This document shows positions 1 to 9,072 of a stretch of 64,000 nt of DNA, one piece after another (the stretch's first letter is position 1; the number at the start of each line of letters is the position of its first letter). The DNA is taken from IMG/VR virus record IMGVR_UViG_3300035438_000341, positions 1 to 64,000 of that record; one strand, written 5' to 3'. Position numbers and translations under genes: made by a program. Below the pieces are notes generated by a model. That model saw only the letters and a list, made by a program, of their open reading frames with translations, was not told the origin of the DNA and did not search any database. Source of the DNA: a virus.

Positions 1-160
1 CTAACAAGAATGTTAAATTGCGTCTCTCGTGTAACAATATATCAACTTGTTCTTCAATGATATGAATATTCGTATCATCGTGTGCATCTCTAAGACCATC
101 TAAGAAACATATCTCATTTGTGATGTCTTGTAATCTCTGTTCAATTTGTTCTGTTCTCAT
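1..160 (-). CDS. Small hypothetical protein (partial, runs off left edge)
   Basis: Manual translation MRTEQIEQRLQDITNEICFLDGLRDAHDD...; its ATG overlaps the TGA of the upstream ORF; not in ORF track. Confidence 0.6.
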   Translation of the reverse strand, partial: MRTEQIEQRLQDITNEICFLDGLRDAHDDTNIHIIEEQVDILLHERRNLTFLL

Positions 161-288
161 AATGCTTTATCTATTATTACTTCTATTAATACTAATCCTG
201 AAAATAATAGAGCTAATAGTATTATTAGCCCTAATACAGCTTCTCTATGTTTCCACATGTAAGCTAATTGTTGTTTAATGTTTTTCAT
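157..288 (-). CDS. 43-aa single-TM membrane protein
   Basis: Manual translation MKNIKQQLAYMWKHREAVLGLIILLALLFSGLVLIEVIIDKAL; tightly packed with neighbours. Confidence 0.6.
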   Translation of the reverse strand: MKNIKQQLAYMWKHREAVLGLIILLALLFSGLVLIEVIIDKAL

Positions 289-289
289 G

Positions 290-433
290 TTATCGTCTAC
301 TATTATGTGTCCAACTGCTTGATTTGTGGAAACAATGGTTACTACTACAACTAGTCATGCTGAATGCAATAACAAATACTGTTATTGTAATAGCATATAT
401 TATCAATAATGTAATGTGAGGACGTCTCTTCAT
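290..433 (-). CDS. 47-aa putative small lipoprotein
   Basis: Manual translation MKRRPHITLLIIYAITITVFVIAFSMTSCSSNHCFHKSSSWTHNSRR: basic N-terminus, hydrophobic core, lipobox-like MTSC. Confidence 0.55.
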   Translation of the reverse strand: MKRRPHITLLIIYAITITVFVIAFSMTSCSSNHCFHKSSSWTHNSRR

Positions 434-435
434 GA

Positions 436-642
436 TTAAAAACTATTAAGATGTTTATCATAATCACATGCTATTATAACAGCTGGTATCCAACCAAATA
501 TTAACATAAGCATTAATGTTCCACCATGTGTGTAACATTCACGTAAGGATAACTCTGAGAGCATCCAACCAATAAGACTCATAGAAGTCCATGTTGTAAG
601 TAAGCATGCTATTACAGCAAGCATAATTTTTGTTGATTTCAT
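436..642 (-). CDS. Small membrane protein (2 TM)
   Basis: 68 aa with two hydrophobic segments; abuts the next ORF. Confidence 0.7.
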   Translation of the reverse strand: MKSTKIMLAVIACLLTTWTSMSLIGWMLSELSLRECYTHGGTLMLMLIFGWIPAVIIACDYDKHLNSF

Positions 643-761
643 ATTGTTTGTTATTAAGGGAGTTAAATCATTTGTAGTTATTCATTAAAGGAAAACGACC
701 AAATCTTCTGATTTTGAAGGTGTATATGTACTACATCCTACTGTTCTAGGACTGTAAATGA

Positions 762-986
762 TTATAATGTAATGTCAATGTGTATTTGTGACAGAAGAGC
801 ATAGACAGCAATATATAATATCATTGATAACAATGCTAATGTGCAAGCCCAACATATATACATTGCTCTATAATATGTTCTTTCATGATCAGTTGATATA
901 TAATAATACCAACCAACACACATAAGAATGTAAGGAATGATGTAACGCATCAATAGCTCACTAATGTCAATTGTAATTGTGTTCAT
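762..986 (-). CDS. Small membrane protein (2 TM)
   Basis: 74 aa with two hydrophobic helices. Confidence 0.55.
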   Translation of the reverse strand: MNTITIDISELLMRYIIPYILMCVGWYYYISTDHERTYYRAMYICWACTLALLSMILYIAVYALLSQIHIDITL

Positions 987-1167
987 GTCTGTGTAATGTT
1001 AAATATAACTAACAAATAACAATGTATTTGTAAATTATATGTTGTGTTATTATATAAATCAACTATAGCATACTTCTAATGCTCTTCTAATATTGCACCA
1101 TACTACTGGTAGTTGATTATTCATACATTCTTAGGAGTTTATATATACTCAGGATATGTATGTGTAT

Positions 1168-1191
1168 TATAAAGGGCCCGTAGAAGAGCCC
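1168..1191 (-). terminator. Putative intrinsic terminator (minus strand)
   Basis: Minus strand reads GGGCTC-TTCTAC-GGGCCC-TTTAT just after the stop of 1200..1490. Confidence 0.45.
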
Positions 1192-1199
1192 ATTATTAT

Positions 1200-1490
1200 T
1201 TACCATGGTAATTCATAATCACTATATAGTTCAAAGTTACCATTATCATCAAAGTCAATTTTAATATCTTTTCTGTGACCACTATATTCTCCACATTTAC
1301 TATATAGATACAAGATTCTCTCTTCATCTGTAAAAGGTCTAACAAATTTAGAATATTCCAATAGAGCATAAAGAATACATTCATCAGAGAACACTTCAAA
1401 TCCTTTACCTATTCTTAATGGTGCAATATATCCTCCAATGAATGAAGATAACTTTTCTTCTAGTATGCAAATATCTTTATATGTCTTCAT
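1200..1490 (-). CDS. Hypothetical protein
   Basis: 96-aa ORF with an A/T-rich leader and globular composition. Confidence 0.7.
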   Translation of the reverse strand: MKTYKDICILEEKLSSFIGGYIAPLRIGKGFEVFSDECILYALLEYSKFVRPFTDEERILYLYSKCGEYSGHRKDIKIDFDDNGNFELYSDYELPW

Positions 1491-1744
1491 AATGCTATAT
1501 ATATTATTTATGTTAAACGTTATTTCTGCTTAGTTAGTAAGCTCTATTATACTATGAAGGTCTACACCTCGATATATTTACACACATCAACACATATAAA
1601 ATGTTACATTATTCTCAACATTATAAACATTTCATTGAAAGAAAGTTATTATGCCCCTCGTAGAAAGTTTTATTTACTGAGAATAATGTAATATCCACTA
1701 TTTATGTCTGATGATAGATATAAATATATAAAGAAACAATTGGG

Positions 1745-2074
1745 TTAGTACCCAATTGCATCTTCAAATGTTGCTACAGTTTGTGGAGCTTCTTTCAAGT
1801 TTAAGCTTGCCACTTTAATAGTAATGGTTTCACCTCTTTCTCTTTGGATGATCCAACGCCCTTCTTCATTAAGTACAACGTTTAAGAACAGTAAACTGTC
1901 TTTAGTTCTTTTACCTGCTCTTAGTTCTTCAGTAACAGCAACTGAACAGAATGCTTCTCGTTGTTCACCTTTTTCATTTCTAAGAGTAACCATAATTCTT
2001 TTTGTACCTGCAAGGTTAGTTGTTAAGAAATCTAACTCACCTTTTGCTCCTGTGTAATCTAAAACTTTTTCCAT
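1745..2074 (-). CDS. Hypothetical protein, first gene of the leftward (probably early) block
   Basis: 109-aa ORF with A-rich initiation region, adjacent to the divergent junction. Confidence 0.8.
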   Translation of the reverse strand: MEKVLDYTGAKGELDFLTTNLAGTKRIMVTLRNEKGEQREAFCSVAVTEELRAGKRTKDSLLFLNVVLNEEGRWIIQRERGETITIKVASLNLKEAPQTVATFEDAIGY

Positions 2075-2102
2075 TTTCTGTTTTTTTAAATGTTTATATT
2101 AA

Positions 2103-2126
2103 GAAGAGGGGAGTATCCCCAACTTC
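2103..2126. promoter_or_regulatory. GC-rich hairpin with GTA triloop at the strand-switch junction
   Basis: GAAG-A-GGGGA-GTA-TCCCC-AA-CTTC inverted repeat. Confidence 0.45.
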
Positions 2127-2216
2127 CAAAAAATAGGTGGGGTGGCTGGTTGGAATGGGTCTCTTCCCCCACATACACGATGGGGTGTAAAATTTTGAAA
2201 AAAAATTTGAAAAAAG

Positions 2217-2250
2217 TTTTGGTTGGTATATGAAATATGTTTTACCTTTG
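2217..2250 (+). promoter_or_regulatory. Bacteroidota sigma70-type promoter candidate
   Basis: TTTG/TTGG upstream and -7 element TACCTTTG (consensus TAnnTTTG). Confidence 0.45.
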
Positions 2251-2387
2251 GGGCGGTGGTTGGGCTTGGTCTTAATATAATGAGTCTTTTATGTAGTCAT
2301 TTGTACAGCTTATACAAATATTTAGTCATAATATAGCTATGATATAAAAATATTTATTCATTATGTTCATTGTTAGTTTTATTTATA

Positions 2388-2395
2388 TATCTTTG
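2388..2395 (+). promoter_or_regulatory. Bacteroidota -7 promoter element
   Basis: TATCTTTG ending ~24 nt upstream of ATG 2419. Confidence 0.5.
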
Positions 2396-2418
2396 TCAAT
2401 AGAATATGAAACTAAATT

Positions 2419-2769
2419 ATGGAACCAACAGTAACATTACAAAGACTAAGGAAAGTTGTACCAACTGATATACAACTAGCTGAGAAGTATTATTCTATTC
2501 TATCAGCTGTAAACTCTCTCAATCTCACACAGAGAGAAATCCAACTCATAGCTTTTACATCTATTAAAGGAAACATTACATATGCTAATGTAAGAGAGGA
2601 ATTCTGCAAACTACACAATACAACAAGTCCTACAATCAATAACATTATATCAAAGCTAAAGAAGGTGGGTATATTTATTAAGGAAGGTGGGAAGGTTAAG
2701 ATTAATCCAATGATTGTTATTGATTTCAAGAAGGATGTTACATTAGGAATAACACTTGTACATGAATAA
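2419..2769 (+). CDS. Winged-HTH-like DNA-binding protein
   Basis: LTQREIQL...TTSPTINNIISKLKKVGIFIK resembles a wHTH pattern. Confidence 0.6.
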   Translation: MEPTVTLQRLRKVVPTDIQLAEKYYSILSAVNSLNLTQREIQLIAFTSIKGNITYANVREEFCKLHNTTSPTINNIISKLKKVGIFIKEGGKVKINPMIVIDFKKDVTLGITLVHE

Positions 2770-3106
2770 GCCAAATACAATGTCTGTCAAGGAATTTATC
2801 ATCAAGAGAATGTCTATTAGTTTAGTAGTCTCTGAGAAGGTGATTGATAATGTTATTCAACATCAGTTTGATTCTGCCAATGATGCTCTTAACACAAATG
2901 ATACAGTGGAGATATCAGGGTTTGGTAAGTTCTTCTTCAACACGAAGAAAGCCAATACACATTACAATAAGCTTCTAGCAATGAAGCAAGCATATGAGAA
3001 TACATTAGCAGACACATCTATTACAGAGAAGAAAAGACATTCAACAGAACAGAGAATGATTACAGTGTTGAGTGATATTAAGATGCTAAAACCAAAAATC
3101 AAATGA
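2762..3106 (+). CDS. HU/IHF-like DNA-binding protein
   Basis: VEISGFGKF motif typical of HU/IHF; start moved to ATG 2762, which overlaps the end of the previous gene. Confidence 0.7.
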   Translation: MNKPNTMSVKEFIIKRMSISLVVSEKVIDNVIQHQFDSANDALNTNDTVEISGFGKFFFNTKKANTHYNKLLAMKQAYENTLADTSITEKKRHSTEQRMITVLSDIKMLKPKIK

Positions 3107-3381
3107 GCCTAGGACAAATATACGAGGGCTGGAAGAATCATCTTCTCCCTGAAGAAAGAAAGAAAGCTTACATAGATGATATTAGTCTTGAAAGACTAGC
3201 CATATGTAATGAATGTGAAGAACATTCTTCCAATAAGAAAGATTATAAATCAATTAGGCCAGATGCACATTGCGCAAATTGTGGGTGTACATTGGCAGCA
3301 AAGACTAAATGTTTAACATGTGAATGTCCATTAAAGAAATGGCTAGCCACAGAAATACCAATAGATAATGAAACTACGTAA
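3103..3381 (+). CDS. Cys-rich Zn-finger-like protein
   Basis: CNEC, CANCGC, CECP and terminal KW motifs. Confidence 0.7.
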   Translation: MSLGQIYEGWKNHLLPEERKKAYIDDISLERLAICNECEEHSSNKKDYKSIRPDAHCANCGCTLAAKTKCLTCECPLKKWLATEIPIDNETT

Positions 3382-3679
3382 GATTCCTTTAGAGCCTCTT
3401 CTACAAATCCTAACAGATCTATTTGATAGTGGAGCTGATTTCATTGATATATCAGGAGAGAACAATGCAGATGGTGATGAGTTAAGAGACATCATCAAAA
3501 TCACTATTAAGCCTGAATATATGATGGACAAAGATGATATGATTGAAGAGATAGAGATGGATTATTCAGGAGATTATGATGATGATGATAATGAAGACAT
3601 TGCTAACACTACACATACACAGATTCGTATAGAGGATAAGAGAGGTCTTTCGGATGAAGATATAGATAATCTAATCTAA
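3368..3679 (+). CDS. Highly acidic hypothetical protein
   Basis: 103 aa, D/E-rich; overlaps previous ORF. Confidence 0.75.
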   Translation: MKLRKIPLEPLLQILTDLFDSGADFIDISGENNADGDELRDIIKITIKPEYMMDKDDMIEEIEMDYSGDYDDDDNEDIANTTHTQIRIEDKRGLSDEDIDNLI

Positions 3680-3684
3680 CGCAT

Positions 3685-3975
3685 ATGTCAAAACCAACCT
3701 ATTACAAACAGATTATTCATACATTGGAGAGTTTATATAAAGCTCATCCAACGTATAACATGGGAAGACACATTTCCACAGCATTAGATAATGATTATCC
3801 AGATATATGGGGAGTGTCAGATAAAGAACTTCTTACATCATTAAAGAAATATGAGGCAAGCTTAGAAATGGATGTTAGTCATCCAGATGAAGAAGACCTT
3901 GATAAGATAATAAAAGATGGCATGAATTTGGGACGTATATTCTCAAATGATGCTGAGGAGGAAGAGGAATACTAA
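3685..3975 (+). CDS. Hypothetical protein
   Basis: 96-aa ORF in a tight operon. Confidence 0.75.
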   Translation: MSKPTYYKQIIHTLESLYKAHPTYNMGRHISTALDNDYPDIWGVSDKELLTSLKKYEASLEMDVSHPDEEDLDKIIKDGMNLGRIFSNDAEEEEEY

Positions 3976-3985
3976 AACACACAAC

Positions 3986-4318
3986 ATGGCAGTAAAGAAA
4001 ACTACATACATTAATACGGAACTTGATTGGGCTGAAGAACAATTATCCAGCTGGAAACAATATGTTGATCTCAATCCATTACATACATTGGAAGATAGAA
4101 TCAAGTGGAAAGAAACCAAAGCTGGTGGAGCAATGCCTATGGTGATTGCAAGCATTGAAGCTCAGGGTAAGTTTGTACAAGAGACAATGAAGAACTATTT
4201 AGCTCTCTTAGAACAAGTTGAAAAACTTAGAGAAAAAGAAGAAGCTAAAGTGGTACCTGTAAGAGGTGGTGTTGAGCTTGGATCTATGGCAGAGGATTTC
4301 TTAAAAGGTAGGAAATAA
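3986..4318 (+). CDS. Putative terminase small subunit
   Basis: Helical 110-aa protein translationally coupled (TAATG) to TerL; the call is positional. Start moved to 3986. Confidence 0.5.
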   Translation: MAVKKTTYINTELDWAEEQLSSWKQYVDLNPLHTLEDRIKWKETKAGGAMPMVIASIEAQGKFVQETMKNYLALLEQVEKLREKEEAKVVPVRGGVELGSMAEDFLKGRK

Positions 4319-6342
4319 TGGATGCCTTACAAAGTATTGATTACAAAGACTGGTTTATCAACCAGAAGAGAGTTCCACAAAAAGACTCGGAAGAGTATAA
4401 GGAATTCTATGCTTTTCATAAACAATTGTGCATGGATGGTTGTACAATGGGAGGAGTATATATCAATCCTTTTTTATATTGGCATTTAAACTTCTGGAAC
4501 ACAGAGGTGGATATAATAGATGAGAGAGGACGTATATCACAGAAATATGCCAATCCTTATCTACGTGATAATGAATGGGTTATTACAACAGAAATAGATA
4601 GAGCACAAATAGAAAAGAAAGGCCTAGTAATTTTAGGCATTAGACGTTTGGCTAAGTCAGTAATTGAGAGCAGTTATATAGGCTGGGGAGCTACATTTGA
4701 TGAGAACTCCCAAAACATTATAGCAGGATTGAATGCTCCCGATATAAAGCTTATCACAGATAAGATTGACAAAGGATTAAACTTTCTACCAGAAGCATGG
4801 AGATGGCAGAGGGTGGAAGACAATTGGAAAAACCAAGTTACTTTAGGGATCAAGACAAAAGCAGGAGAGAGAATCCCCTTTTCTCAGATCCTTATTCGTA
4901 ACTTAGATGGTGGTAACAATGAAGAGGCTATTGCAGGTACTAAACCTAGAAAATTAATTATTGATGAGATTGGTAAAGGAAGTTTCCTTAGAGGACTGCA
5001 AGCAGCAACACCAGGTTTTACTACACCATATGGGTGGGGATGTAGCCCTATCCTTACAGGTACTGGAGGAGATATGCAGAACTTTATGGATGCTAAGTCT
5101 CTTATGTTCGATGTAGAGAATTTCAACTTCCTTACATACAATAATGCTAAAGATGATCAGAGAGTACATGGGCTATTCATTTCCCATAAGTACAGAATGG
5201 AAGCTAAAGAGGAGTCTACATTAGGAGCCTTCTTAGAACAACCAGCAGATTCTGAGTTACACAACGTAAAGATGTTAGTCTCTAATGAAGAGAAAGCAGA
5301 TGAGATTACAAATGGTAACCTTGAAAGATTAAAGAAAGCTGGTGATAGACTAGCATATTTGAAAGAGAAGATGTATTACCCACAGGAAGTGGATGATATA
5401 TTCTTGAATGAAGATACAAACATATTTGATATAGAAGCTACTAAACGTCAGAAAGCCAGACTATTAGCACAAGAAAGAACAGGAACACCTGTTGTTTTAT
5501 ATGATGATGGACAGGGAGTGAAACATGAGTTTACAGACAAGCTACCTATATCAAACTTCCCTCTTAAGAATAGTGATAACAAAGAAGCTCCTGTAGTGAT
5601 ATACGAGTTTCCAATAGAGAGTCCTCCTTATGGATTATATGTAGCAGGGATTGACCCTTATAGACAAGGAAAGTCTGCCTACTCAAGTTCATTAGGATCT
5701 GTGTATATATACAAACGTATGCATAGCATTTCTGGAGAGAAGTATCAAGACATGTTTGTTGCTAGCTATTGTGCTAGACCAGAGAAGAAAGAAACATGGG
5801 AAGAGCAAGCTCGCTATCTGATTAAGTATTACAATGCTAGAGCTCTATGTGAGAATGATGAAATCAGTTTCATTGACTACATGATAGCCAAAGGAGATGC
5901 TCATTACTTAGAGAGACAACCAGATTGGTTAAAAGAAATAGTCCCAAATACTACCGTAAGACGTGACTATGGGATACATAGATCTTCTGAGAAAATTAGA
6001 GACTTCTTACATGGATGTCTTAAGAAATACTCAGAAGAAGTTATACATACAGAGAAGGATGAAGATGGAAACATCAAGTCTGAAACAAAGGGTATGTCTA
6101 AGATATTTGACCCTGTCCTATTGGAAGAGATGATACAATATAATGAGACAGGCAACTTTGATAGAATCATTGCAGCAGAACTAGCTATAGCTCTGGCAAT
6201 GAAACTAGATCCCATAATGGGAAAAATAGGGGGAGAACAAGATGTAAGAATGCAATCAATGTTCACAAAGAACAAAAAGAAGACGCTGTTTACAGAAAGC
6301 AGATCAATGTTTAACACACCAAAAAATAAATTGTTTAGATAA
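4318..6342 (+). CDS. terL: Terminase large subunit
   Basis: Walker A-like GIRRLAKS, Walker B LIIDEIG, TGTGG coupling motif, RNase H-like VAGIDPY and C-terminal NFDRI; precedes portal. Confidence 0.93.
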   Translation: MDALQSIDYKDWFINQKRVPQKDSEEYKEFYAFHKQLCMDGCTMGGVYINPFLYWHLNFWNTEVDIIDERGRISQKYANPYLRDNEWVITTEIDRAQIEKKGLVILGIRRLAKSVIESSYIGWGATFDENSQNIIAGLNAPDIKLITDKIDKGLNFLPEAWRWQRVEDNWKNQVTLGIKTKAGERIPFSQILIRNLDGGNNEEAIAGTKPRKLIIDEIGKGSFLRGLQAATPGFTTPYGWGCSPILTGTGGDMQNFMDAKSLMFDVENFNFLTYNNAKDDQRVHGLFISHKYRMEAKEESTLGAFLEQPADSELHNVKMLVSNEEKADEITNGNLERLKKAGDRLAYLKEKMYYPQEVDDIFLNEDTNIFDIEATKRQKARLLAQERTGTPVVLYDDGQGVKHEFTDKLPISNFPLKNSDNKEAPVVIYEFPIESPPYGLYVAGIDPYRQGKSAYSSSLGSVYIYKRMHSISGEKYQDMFVASYCARPEKKETWEEQARYLIKYYNARALCENDEISFIDYMIAKGDAHYLERQPDWLKEIVPNTTVRRDYGIHRSSEKIRDFLHGCLKKYSEEVIHTEKDEDGNIKSETKGMSKIFDPVLLEEMIQYNETGNFDRIIAAELAIALAMKLDPIMGKIGGEQDVRMQSMFTKNKKKTLFTESRSMFNTPKNKLFR

Positions 6343-6343
6343 C

Positions 6344-8929
6344 ATGGCAATAATTAGATACACAAAAGACGCTACCATACGGTATGCCTACTTAAACATC
6401 TTTCCTGATCAATTCAAGACAGAGAAGGAAAAGGAAGATGAGAGCTGGATTAAGAACACCATGGATTATTTTTCCAATAAAGCTTATGCTGAATACATAA
6501 AGAATAGAGATACGTTTGTAAAGAACTATGATCTTATGAAAGGAATCCTTCGTATGGAAGATTTCTATCAGGAACCAGAGGTGAGAAGTTTTACAGATGT
6601 GCTTACAGCAGATCTTGATCTTCCAGCTTATGTGAAACATTATTCTATTATTACAACACCTATTAATGAGTTAGTAGGAGAAATATCTAAGAGACCTGAT
6701 ACATTTAGAGTGAAGGCATTTGATGATGATAGTAAAGCAGAAGAACTTCAGTTCAAGACAGATACATTACAACAATATGTAATTAGTCAAGTTAAGCAGC
6801 AATTAACTGCAAAAGCTGCAATGAATGGAGAAGAAATATCAGAAGAAGATCTTCAACAAATGACAATGGAACAAGTTAAAGATGAGCTTGATAGCTATAC
6901 ATCTATAGCTGAGAAATGGGCTAACCATGTTCTTACATGTCAGAAAGCTGAATTCAATCTTAAAGAAAAGAGTGAGGATGCGTTCAGAGATATGCTTATT
7001 ACAGCTAGAGAATTCTATCATATATATGAAGATAACTCGAAGCTAGGATTTAACATAGAGGTAGCTAACCCAAAGAACACTTGGTTCCTATCTACACCAG
7101 ATAGAAAATATATATCAGATCCAACAGGTAGAGCACAAGGTGCTTATGCTGCTGGTACTGTGACAGTTATGGAACTATCTGAAATCATTGAATCTGTTCC
7201 TGATTTAACTAAAGAAGAGATAGATCACTTAAGAAGTTCACTACAAGATTATGGACTTATCAATGTACGTGAATCAAATCTTGGTAATCCTAATGCTCCA
7301 GAAGGTATTGACTCTGTAAACTATGATACATTTGACCCTCTTGTTCTACAAACAAGAATGATGATAGAGAGTGAGATGAAAGAGAATAATGATGGACTTA
7401 AAGATTTCCTAGGCCTTACTAATAACGTAAGTTCATTTGGTTATAAGTATGTTGTTGTAAGAAGCTATTGGGTATCTAAAAAGAAAATAGGTAAATTGAT
7501 TTATACAGATGAATTGGGTAATGAGCAATCTACACTTGTTGATGAATCATATAAATCAGGGATGCATCCTGCACAGCAATCATTAGAATGGGGATGGATT
7601 AACCAATGGTACCAAGGAACTAAAATTGGTCCAGACATCTACCATATCAAACCATTCAAACTACTAAGCTATTGTCCTATTATAGGTACAACACACGAGA
7701 TAAAGAATACAGAGGCTAAATCACTTGTTGATCTTATGAAGCCTTTCCAAGTTATATATAATGTATGTATGAATCAACTTTACAAACTTCTTGAGAAAGA
7801 AATGGGTAAAGTTCAGTTAATGTCACTAAGACACATTCCTATTCCTAAAGATGGAGATGCACAAGATGCTCTTGATATCTGGGAAATGGAAGCACGTAAT
7901 AGAGGAGTGGTGTTTATTGATGATAGTCCAGAGAACATGAAGAGCCCTAGCTCATTCAATCAATTTACAGCTCTTGACCTTACACGTACACAGGAAATAC
8001 AATCTAGATATAATCTTGCTATGCAGATTAAACAAGAGTGTTGGGAACTTGTAGGTATGTCTAAACAACGTATGGGATCTGTTTCTGCCTCTGAAAGTGC
8101 TACAGGTACAAATACTGCGATGCAGCAGAGCTATTCTCAAACAGAGCCCTTATTTGTGGCTCACGAGTATGTGCTTGGACAGCTGTATCAAAGTATTGTA
8201 GATGCTGCTTTATATGTAGAGAGTGCTAAGCCACAATCTACTCTATCATATATTACATCTGAAGGAGAATCAGCATTTGTACAAGTGAATGGATCAGATC
8301 TTAAGTTAAGAGATTTGAAAGTGTTCCTTACTAACAGACCAGAAGATACACAGATGTTTAATGAACTTAGACAATTGTCTCAAGCTATTATACAAAACGG
8401 TGGCACACTTTATGATGTTGTTGAACTATACAGTTCTAAATCACAAAGAGATCTTAAGAAAACATTCAAAGATCTTAGAGATAGACAAGTTGCTCAACAA
8501 GAACAAGCTAACCAATTGCAACAACAACAATTGCAACAACAACAAGAACAATCTCAAGCTCAATTGGCACAAGCTGCTCAATTGGCACAAGAGCAACGAG
8601 CTCATGATGATTACCAAAGAGAACTTGATAGACTATCTAAAGAAAAGATTGCTATCATTCAAGCTACAGGATTTGGTAATGTTGAGAGTGAAGATACTAA
8701 TGCTAATGCTATCCCTGATGTATTAGAAATGAGTAAACTTACACAGGCTGAAAACAAAGCTAACAAAGACTATGGGTTAAAGATGGCTGATATTCAATCT
8801 AAGAATAAACAAGCTAACGATAAAATGTCTGTAGAGAAAGAAAAAATTGCAGTGGCTAGAGAGAATATGGCAAACGATCTTGCTGTTGCAAAAGAGAATG
8901 CTAAGGGTAGGAATAACAAAAAAGGTTAA
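6344..8929 (+). CDS. Portal protein (crAss-like, long Q-rich C-terminal coiled coil)
   Basis: 861 aa directly after TerL; ELVGMSKQRMG...ATG...QS segment of P22/crAss-type portals. Confidence 0.88.
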   Translation: MAIIRYTKDATIRYAYLNIFPDQFKTEKEKEDESWIKNTMDYFSNKAYAEYIKNRDTFVKNYDLMKGILRMEDFYQEPEVRSFTDVLTADLDLPAYVKHYSIITTPINELVGEISKRPDTFRVKAFDDDSKAEELQFKTDTLQQYVISQVKQQLTAKAAMNGEEISEEDLQQMTMEQVKDELDSYTSIAEKWANHVLTCQKAEFNLKEKSEDAFRDMLITAREFYHIYEDNSKLGFNIEVANPKNTWFLSTPDRKYISDPTGRAQGAYAAGTVTVMELSEIIESVPDLTKEEIDHLRSSLQDYGLINVRESNLGNPNAPEGIDSVNYDTFDPLVLQTRMMIESEMKENNDGLKDFLGLTNNVSSFGYKYVVVRSYWVSKKKIGKLIYTDELGNEQSTLVDESYKSGMHPAQQSLEWGWINQWYQGTKIGPDIYHIKPFKLLSYCPIIGTTHEIKNTEAKSLVDLMKPFQVIYNVCMNQLYKLLEKEMGKVQLMSLRHIPIPKDGDAQDALDIWEMEARNRGVVFIDDSPENMKSPSSFNQFTALDLTRTQEIQSRYNLAMQIKQECWELVGMSKQRMGSVSASESATGTNTAMQQSYSQTEPLFVAHEYVLGQLYQSIVDAALYVESAKPQSTLSYITSEGESAFVQVNGSDLKLRDLKVFLTNRPEDTQMFNELRQLSQAIIQNGGTLYDVVELYSSKSQRDLKKTFKDLRDRQVAQQEQANQLQQQQLQQQQEQSQAQLAQAAQLAQEQRAHDDYQRELDRLSKEKIAIIQATGFGNVESEDTNANAIPDVLEMSKLTQAENKANKDYGLKMADIQSKNKQANDKMSVEKEKIAVARENMANDLAVAKENAKGRNNKKG

Positions 8930-8935
8930 AAAACT

Positions 8936-8953
8936 TCTCCTCTTCGGGGGAGA
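8936..8953 (+). terminator. C(UUCG)G hairpin after portal (terminator or RNA-stabilising stem)
   Basis: TCTCCTC-TTCG-GGGGAGA; a U-tract is present only on the minus strand. Confidence 0.55.
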
Positions 8954-8966
8954 TAAAAATATTAAT

Positions 8967-9039
8967 GCTATATTATCAACAATATTGAATCACATTGACT
9001 GATAATGCTTTGATATTCAAAACTCTTATTATACATTTA
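8967..9039 (+). promoter_or_regulatory. Late promoter candidate with upstream GCTATATTAT box
   Basis: GCTATATTAT 8967-8976; TTTG 9009-9012; 19-nt spacer; TACATTTA 9032-9039. Confidence 0.55.
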
Positions 9040-9072
9040 CACTAAATAAACCAAACACAAATACAACTACAT

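Noticed and set aside
1196-1399. 67-aa minus-strand ORF
   Set aside because: Almost entirely overlaps the more plausible 1200..1490 ORF in another frame.
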